From the NCBI GenBank assembly GCA_964566495.1, contig CAZMIT010000022.1:1-20554 (forward strand): a DNA stretch of 20,554 nt, given 5' to 3'. Below the pieces are notes generated by a model, which ran no database searches, was not told where the DNA came from, and saw nothing but the letters and a program-made list of their open reading frames with translations. The position numbers were made by a program, and so were the translations under genes. Of the stretch, positions 17,247 to 20,554 are shown piece by piece (within the stretch, counting starts at the first letter, position 1; the number at the start of each line of letters is the position of its first letter). This DNA is from an uncultured bacterium. GTDB taxonomy: Bacteria > T1Sed10-126.

Positions 17247-20200
17247 CTGTTACCAGCTTCCTCTAAACCGAGCACTGGCGGTCGCCGGTGCGGCTCATCA
17301 CCTGCACTCTGTTCATAGTATAAGACATTTAACCGGTATTTTACAAATGGAGATAGAGAAACAACAAAATTTTCCTTGACTGATTCCAGGAGTTCCAGTC
17401 GCGTTCGCCCCTCAGCTCCGGAGATTAATTCTATTCGCTCGCCTGGAGAAAACATCGCTGGATCTTCCCGCATAAGCCCCCGCAGAACGTCCAGCTCACC
17501 TTTTTGGTAAAAAATTTCTTTCATTAACTGACGCGCTTGCCGCATATATACTTCCCCCGCCCTCATTCCGCGAAAGACGTCGAGACGTGAACGAGCCTCT
17601 TCCAACCGGCCTTGAAAAAACAGTTCAAAAGCTCTATCCAGCAGTGGCACGTCCTCAGGAGAATGCAGCGGAATTGAGTGTTCAGCACCATATTCCCCCT
17701 CATTTATTACCTCCCAGAAAGTAAAACGGGCCGCGTGGCGCCGGGATAGCGTTTCTACGCTAACATAGCCCGCCGGTAACTTCCCTTTGCGAAAGTAGCC
17801 CCGTGATTCAGTGGCCACAACCCCACCACCCGGTTGTATTAAGAGCGGTATTCCCGAGAGATCCGCAGGATCAGCCACACTTAATCTTCCCCTGAGACCT
17901 CCCTGTGGACCGGCCTGTTGCCCGGGATATAGTTCAATCAGGTGACCTCCCGATCCCGGCGGTAGATTGAGCAATACAATTTTGTCATTGCTAACAGACA
18001 ACAGCTCAAAATCCCCCACCTGGCGCCGAATAGTTTTTGTTCGGTAAGCGCCGCGTGAACCGCTCAAACGGTCCAGCCGGGTGCCTAATCCGGTTTCTTC
18101 AACCTCAAAGTAAAGGTCCCCCTGTTCATACTTCAAGCCGTTTATCCGCTGCTCGAATTCGATCAGCTCTTCCGTCGGTCTCCAGACCAACTCGTTTTTA
18201 TCCAGTTCACCACGAATTATCCGATGCTTATCACCGGCCTTATAAATACCGTAATAACTCCCCTCCCCGGCAAGTTCCAGGTCCAGGAGCCCTTCACTGT
18301 TGCCGAGCTTTCCCTCCGTATCGCCTTCTAAATTAAAATACCGGTAATGTGGGCTGCCAGTTTCCCCAGCAACCGCAGGAAAAAGATGGACCCTTCCCAG
18401 GGTCGTCCCGGTACCACGTGGTTTAGCTTCAAAATCCATGTTCTCAGATTGAAAACGAGCTCGATCTGTGCGATAGAGGTTATATTTATCGGCTCCGGGT
18501 GAGCGACTCCAGAAGTAAATTTGGTCTTCCGATTGATCATAATAGGGAAAAAATATACCGGCAGCACCAGGTGCGGAAACCACCTGTTCATAACTGCGCT
18601 CCCGAAAATTGTATTCAAAAAGGTCCTCCCGCCCCCCGCTTTCCCCGCCTACCAGGTAAGCGTTGTGGTCGTCCACGAGCAGTGCTTCCGTCAAATCCAA
18701 ACCAGTTCTGGGTGAGCCAAGCCTGACCGGCGGCCCGGTCGGGCGGGACACCTCACGGATATTTCGAGCCTCATCAGCCAGGACAATCAGCCCCTCACGA
18801 TGTCCTACCAAATCAACCGCCCCCTCCACCTCTGTTATAATTCCACGGGCAAACCCCTGGAGATCAAATTGCTGTATAAACTCCGGAAAAAGCAGGTAGA
18901 GGTAGCCGTCACCACCGTAAGCCACCGAAACATCACGCGCCGACGAGCCGCGGCTATGCTCAACTAATTTTGAGAGTTGGAGCAAGCGTTTTAACTCTCC
19001 CGCGCTGTCAAAAATTAAAACTACCCGCTGTTTTCCCTGGCGCGGAAAAAAATACCAACCCGCAAGTATGATATAATTTTCATTAACCCCGACAAGCTCC
19101 TGGTCCCTGACTTGATTCATTCCCTCCCAGTTTAACTCAAGCCGTGAGATGATTTCATTTTCCCGGTTGTATTTCTCTAACGAGCTGTCCTCGGAGAAAT
19201 AATAGTAAAGGTGTCCGTCCGGCGACCAGTAACTTTCCGGCAGGAAAAAATACTGGCGGGCACTTAGAGATAGTTCGCCGGGCAGGGAAGCGCGATGAAA
19301 TTGGGGGGGAGTATCATGAATTCGCCCGACTGCTCGGGGCGCTTCAGAAGCTGAGCCAACCAGTAAAATGGTGGTGTCCCCTTCTTCCTCTGAAGGTTGA
19401 TCTTTCAGCCAGATCCGACGCATCTGCCGTTTTTGAGGGCGCTTGGGATCCGTCCCGATAATTTTTCGAGCTTCGATAGTTCGAGTAAGAAAATAAAAAA
19501 TATCGTATTCAATAGTAAGATCAACAAAAAATATTCCTTCGTCTCCGGCCAGCAGTGCTCCCCGCTCATACACCGAAAAATCTTTTACATCTACATTTTC
19601 CCGCAGATCAAAGGTATATTCAGCGCCCAGTCGATCCTGCAGCTGGAGGATCCGCCCCTCTTCCATGAATAGAAAAACCTCTCCATCGTAAACTTCAACA
19701 TCAATCAACCCCGGAAACCGCCGCTCGGCCAGAGTCGCCTCCGGGCCAGAGACGTAAACCGTGTCCCCGACTCGACTGACCAGTTCCTGCTTCCCGAGAA
19801 TTCCAACCAGTTCCCCCCTGACTTTAAGGTGGGGTGTATCATTTCTAACTACCGGTGTGTCAGGCCGAATGAAATTAACAGTATCTGCTGTATACTGAAC
19901 AGCCCAGTATTCATCATAAGGTTGTATATTTTTCACTCCGCCTTCCAGGGTAACTGAATCCCCCCCGCCGAGAAGTGGGAAAATAATACTGGTGTCAGCG
20001 CGACTGGTTAAATCACGGTCATAAAACCAGAGGGTCTCCCCCGACCAGAAGCTACGGTAATCGGGGATTAAACCCATTTCGCTCAAAGTTTTGGCAGCGT
20101 GATCCCTCCCCCCTACAACCGGAGTATCGGAGAGCAACCGGATCCCCGGGCGTCCCTCGGCCATAGTGAAAAAAGTAGCCAGTCCCCGGTCAAACACTGC

Positions 20201-20359
20201 TGCCACACCGGATTCATTCACCTGCACTGTTTCCGGTGTATGCGGCCTTGGGCGCTGCTCAAGTGGCAGCGAAGCTGTGCGCCCAACGGCTGGTTTGAAC
20301 ACAAAAACCGCAACTGCCAGTAGAAATAAAATAGCTATTCTGATAAAATACTTAGTCAT
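17243..20359 (-). CDS. Large exported protein of unknown function (probable beta-propellers, then a small beta-sandwich and a helical TPR-like tail)
   Basis: 1038-codon ORF from ATG 20359 (RBS GAAGGGA) with a signal peptide, beta-rich blade-like segments (WSPDGHLY, YGGDGYLY), a G.LRG.L....T.S.GYF....LPAG carboxypeptidase-regulatory-like segment and a helical C-terminus. Domain calls are tentative. Confidence 0.8.
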   Translation of the reverse strand: MTKYFIRIAILFLLAVAVFVFKPAVGRTASLPLEQRPRPHTPETVQVNESGVAAVFDRGLATFFTMAEGRPGIRLLSDTPVVGGRDHAAKTLSEMGLIPDYRSFWSGETLWFYDRDLTSRADTSIIFPLLGGGDSVTLEGGVKNIQPYDEYWAVQYTADTVNFIRPDTPVVRNDTPHLKVRGELVGILGKQELVSRVGDTVYVSGPEATLAERRFPGLIDVEVYDGEVFLFMEEGRILQLQDRLGAEYTFDLRENVDVKDFSVYERGALLAGDEGIFFVDLTIEYDIFYFLTRTIEARKIIGTDPKRPQKRQMRRIWLKDQPSEEEGDTTILLVGSASEAPRAVGRIHDTPPQFHRASLPGELSLSARQYFFLPESYWSPDGHLYYYFSEDSSLEKYNRENEIISRLELNWEGMNQVRDQELVGVNENYIILAGWYFFPRQGKQRVVLIFDSAGELKRLLQLSKLVEHSRGSSARDVSVAYGGDGYLYLLFPEFIQQFDLQGFARGIITEVEGAVDLVGHREGLIVLADEARNIREVSRPTGPPVRLGSPRTGLDLTEALLVDDHNAYLVGGESGGREDLFEYNFRERSYEQVVSAPGAAGIFFPYYDQSEDQIYFWSRSPGADKYNLYRTDRARFQSENMDFEAKPRGTGTTLGRVHLFPAVAGETGSPHYRYFNLEGDTEGKLGNSEGLLDLELAGEGSYYGIYKAGDKHRIIRGELDKNELVWRPTEELIEFEQRINGLKYEQGDLYFEVEETGLGTRLDRLSGSRGAYRTKTIRRQVGDFELLSVSNDKIVLLNLPPGSGGHLIELYPGQQAGPQGGLRGRLSVADPADLSGIPLLIQPGGGVVATESRGYFRKGKLPAGYVSVETLSRRHAARFTFWEVINEGEYGAEHSIPLHSPEDVPLLDRAFELFFQGRLEEARSRLDVFRGMRAGEVYMRQARQLMKEIFYQKGELDVLRGLMREDPAMFSPGERIELISGAEGRTRLELLESVKENFVVSLSPFVKYRLNVLYYEQSAGDEPHRRPPVLGLEEAGNR

Positions 20360-20409
20360 GAATAAATCCCTTCTCGCCGGAGCAAACTTAAAAATTACTA
20401 TCGAATCTA

Positions 20410-20438
20410 TTGCTTTTTTACACACTCATAAGTATAAT
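20410..20438 (+). promoter_or_regulatory. Sigma-70-type promoter pointing rightwards, divergent from the large exported protein gene
   Basis: TTGCTT (20410-20415), 17 bp spacer, TATAAT (20433-20438). Confidence 0.65.
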
Positions 20439-20501
20439 GATATCTTAAATTGATCGGAATATGTAGATGAGTTTGACTAAACTCACAATCTACCAACGAT
20501 C

Positions 20502-20527
20502 GTCATTGCGGACTTGATCCGCAATCC
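20502..20527. repeat. REP-like short palindromic element
   Basis: GTC-ATTGCGGA-CTTGA-TCCGCAAT-CC: 8-bp perfect arms with a GTCATT head, like dRS3/RPE-type repeats. Only one copy in the window. Confidence 0.5.
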
Positions 20528-20554
20528 ATTTTAAATTCTCAGTTTCCAGTTTAT

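Noticed and set aside
20360..20425. ORF-track N-terminal extension of the large exported protein (also the extensions of hom, coaE and fapA)
   Set aside because: Downstream ATGs fit better by RBS and/or domain start; this extension also runs into the promoter region.

Overview
Bacterial chromosomal window with no RNA genes, CRISPR array or intact mobile element. Almost all genes lie on the minus strand. The left block reads DUF3108 protein -> M48 lipoprotein peptidase -> rsmD-like -> CinA/PncC -> polA -> coaE -> HDOD -> SPOR -> PfkB kinase -> hom -> apgM-family (partial). The right block reads large exported protein -> small Cys membrane protein -> sppA -> zinc-ribbon membrane protein -> giant FapA/DUF342 protein. 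Between them is one small plus-strand gene with a near-consensus sigma-54 promoter and an upstream array of palindromes. The host looks like a diderm (inferred from DUF3108) with several very Glu-rich proteins. The most unusual observations are: (1) DNA polymerase I with an internally duplicated thumb subdomain; (2) a sigma-54-driven stand-alone 73-aa protein resembling the N-terminal module of HD-GYP proteins, converging on a tandem DUF342-Jag_N-DUF342 fusion; (3) a gene that appears to start at ATT; (4) Asp-Thr motif enrichment in exported proteins, a possible O-glycosylation sequon. All family calls come from motif recognition by eye, not database searches.
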